From contig CM120642.1 of the NCBI GenBank assembly GCA_051362555.1, positions 8,494,001-8,558,000 of the forward strand: a stretch of DNA of 64,000 nt. The letters run 5' to 3'. This document shows positions 61,801-64,000 of the stretch, one piece after another; the stretch's first letter is position 1; each line of letters opens with the position of its first letter. Source of the stretch: Lingula anatina. Lineage: Eukaryota > Animalia > Brachiopoda. A program made the translations under genes and the position numbers. Under the pieces are notes generated by a model. The model was given only the letters and a program-made list of their open reading frames with translations. It did no database searches and was not told the DNA's origin.

Positions 61801-63900
61801 CAGGGCACTGTACAACTTTGAGTACTTTTAATGTTCTATAAAGTGTCTTTTTTTTTAGTCAGATTTAAATGTAATCCTCCAGTATTTCCTGGTTTTCTCA
61901 TCAACAAGTAATTTCCCTGGAAATCCATTTGCCAGCCCTGACAAATGGTAAAAAGTGCTTGTTCAGATAACATTTCATTTCCAATCATCATGTCAAGGTT
62001 CAGTAGCAAGACAGACAATAAACAGTCTACTTCACAGATATAAGTTCTTAGAATAAGCCGATGGTATCTAAGTTATAGTCTTCTCTTTCATCATTTTTTC
62101 CACAGAAATCCATTTCATTCTGCCTTCACCGGTTCAGAAACATTTCAATTCTCTTTCCTGTTCATTTTCAATTTTTTCTTAGGTGCAGGTGGCTAAATAA
62201 GATAGACATGCCAGTTAATTAAGAAGTTCACCTATACAGAGCCTAGTCTCCTCTGATGTACTATATCAGAAAAAAAATAGCTGTCAAAGGAGTTTTCCTT
62301 AATGCATTTCACCTCCGAGTCAGTTATGCAGTTGAGTTAAATTGTCAATGTATGACTTTGATATACCATCTTTCAGACATTAAAACCGCAATTAAAAAGA
62401 CTGCACATGGAGGCTTATCACAGCTAGAGATCAAAATAATTGTAATAAAATTCCAGAAATAATTTGAAAAGCATGTGTGGACACAGTGCTTTGCATTTGT
62501 GAATATCAAGAAACTGAAATTGCATAAACAATATGTACAGACACATCTGTGTCTGTACATAAAAAAGCATAAGGCAATTATATGGAGTATGTTGCATCAT
62601 AAATCACACCCTATGCCCTAAAAGGAACAAAGTGTCAGATATTCAACATATGTTAAGTAAATAAACCACTTCTTGTTAAACTATGGACAAAAATATTTTT
62701 CATCTTATTTTAACAGGCAATGCCATGAATTGATGTCACAAAAATAATTAAATCTGTCATCGCCGACAAACCTTGACATGTTTCAACCATCTTTGTCTAG
62801 CTTTGAATGAAGCGCAACCCATAAGTCAGTACAAGAATTTACCCAGCATGGATGATAGTACTTAAAAAACCCATGTGAAAGCATGTGATAAGGGCCTTCT
62901 ATTTTCCCCCCAAATTGTAACATAGAGAGCATTCACCACCACTTGATCTGTAGACTAACTAGTTTGCAAATCAAATATGCCACCCACTTGAAAGCAAGCT
63001 GCATAATTCCCAAACAATTATGTAATGGACTCCCTACCTCTAACTTCACTGTCCCAGCAGGAGAAGAGCAATTTAATTTCAGCATATGCTTTCAGGTGGG
63101 TCACGCCATACTTAATCCATGGACTAGTCAGTCTGCAGATCAGCTGGTTGTGAATGCTCTCAGAGTTTTTGGAGAGTGTCAGAAAAGGAGGTTGCTTTCT
63201 CAGAGAAAATATAACCTTTATTCCAGGAAAATATGCAGGAAAAATCTTACACTGTGCATCTTTAGCTTTACTAAGTGACTGATAATTCATCAAAAGTGAC
63301 TGATAATTTCTTTATCTTTTCTCCAAAAAATGGCACTCTTAAATGTTTTATTTTTACCTCCAATTTCAGGTTGGAGACAAAGATCGACTATTGCCGGATC
63401 AAGTCCCAGTTTCCAGGAACGTGTCCTGTAAAACGGACAGCAGACTCTGATCACTCGGAAGACACATGAGACAGAGAACACGTGAAACTGATATGATCAG
63501 TAGGCTGAGATACGTCTCCCCTGCATTATGCTTGGACGTCATTCCCACCTTCACATAGATTACACACCAAACTAAGTGATCTCATAACTGCTAAAGATTC
63601 AATATCAGCGGGACTTATTAACAAGCGCTGTGTTGATGTTCGCTAATATCCACACATGAAGAGATAATCAGTCTTGGGACAATGCAATAATAGTTGCTCC
63701 TCTTAAAAAGCTAAATATTACACTGGAATACCTCTTTAGCTAACTCAACAATACTCTTTTCACAACTGTTGAGACCATGTATTTTGGCAAAACTCATCAA
63801 GACTTCTAAGTGAATGTAATATCATTGGCCTCAAAACAGTACAAGAGACTGCAAGTCTTTCTTTATTGGCAAAGCACAAAAGACTGAATGGAGATTTCAC
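58900..63900. mobile_element. Highly decayed retroelement (LINE-like) remnants in a long THOC2 intron
   Basis: Only faint RT-like peptide traces on the minus strand (e.g. QVNGSL near 59590, FVGDD near 62760); no intact ORF. Confidence 0.25.
60763..61040. mobile_element. MITE with long imperfect inverted repeats
   Basis: gggcccattttacacaagtt / aactttgtgaaacaggcccc, and inner gtagtccatgcaaatggaata / tatttcatttaaatggactac. Confidence 0.6.
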
Positions 63901-64000
63901 TCCAAGAAAAGATGTTTATTTGGCAGTGCAGATGTTTCAACAATACTTCAGAGCAGGCATCTTCTGGTATTGTTCAAAGATAGGAAACCTCATTTCTTTA

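Overview
This is eukaryotic, AT-rich, intron-rich animal DNA, most likely from a marine invertebrate such as a lophotrochozoan (inference). The prokaryote-style ORF track is therefore mostly exon fragments or noise. All genes are on the minus strand. (1) 3471..20914 holds a complete 26-exon gene, phase-consistent at every junction (5787 nt, about 1928 aa). It encodes a mosaic type-I membrane protein: signal peptide, 3 C-type lectin domains, Sushi, Caspr-type fibrinogen-like domain, a bacterial-PPC-like beta-sandwich, 3 EB/EGF modules, IgGFc-binding domain, DNDCDG acidic motifs, ZP module, furin site and TM helix. (2) Two intronless atypical SDR (NAD-dependent epimerase/CSP41-like) genes follow. 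22534..23778 has a signal peptide and C-terminal KDEL (ER lumen). 25952..27190 has neither, but keeps in-frame remnants of both: an AAG in ACC-AAG-G context heading a signal-peptide-like stretch, and KDK-stop-stop where KDEL-stop would be. This suggests ER-to-cytosol relocalisation after duplication. (3) 1..2560 is a segmental duplicate of 20644..23660, carrying the signal-peptide exon of a probable second lectin-ZP paralog and a deleted SDR pseudogene. (4) 30316..58543 contains 32 exons of THOC2 (5' end outside the window), with two U12-type introns. There is also a full-length but frameshifted Tc1 transposon, several MITEs, minisatellites and decayed LINE-like sequence.
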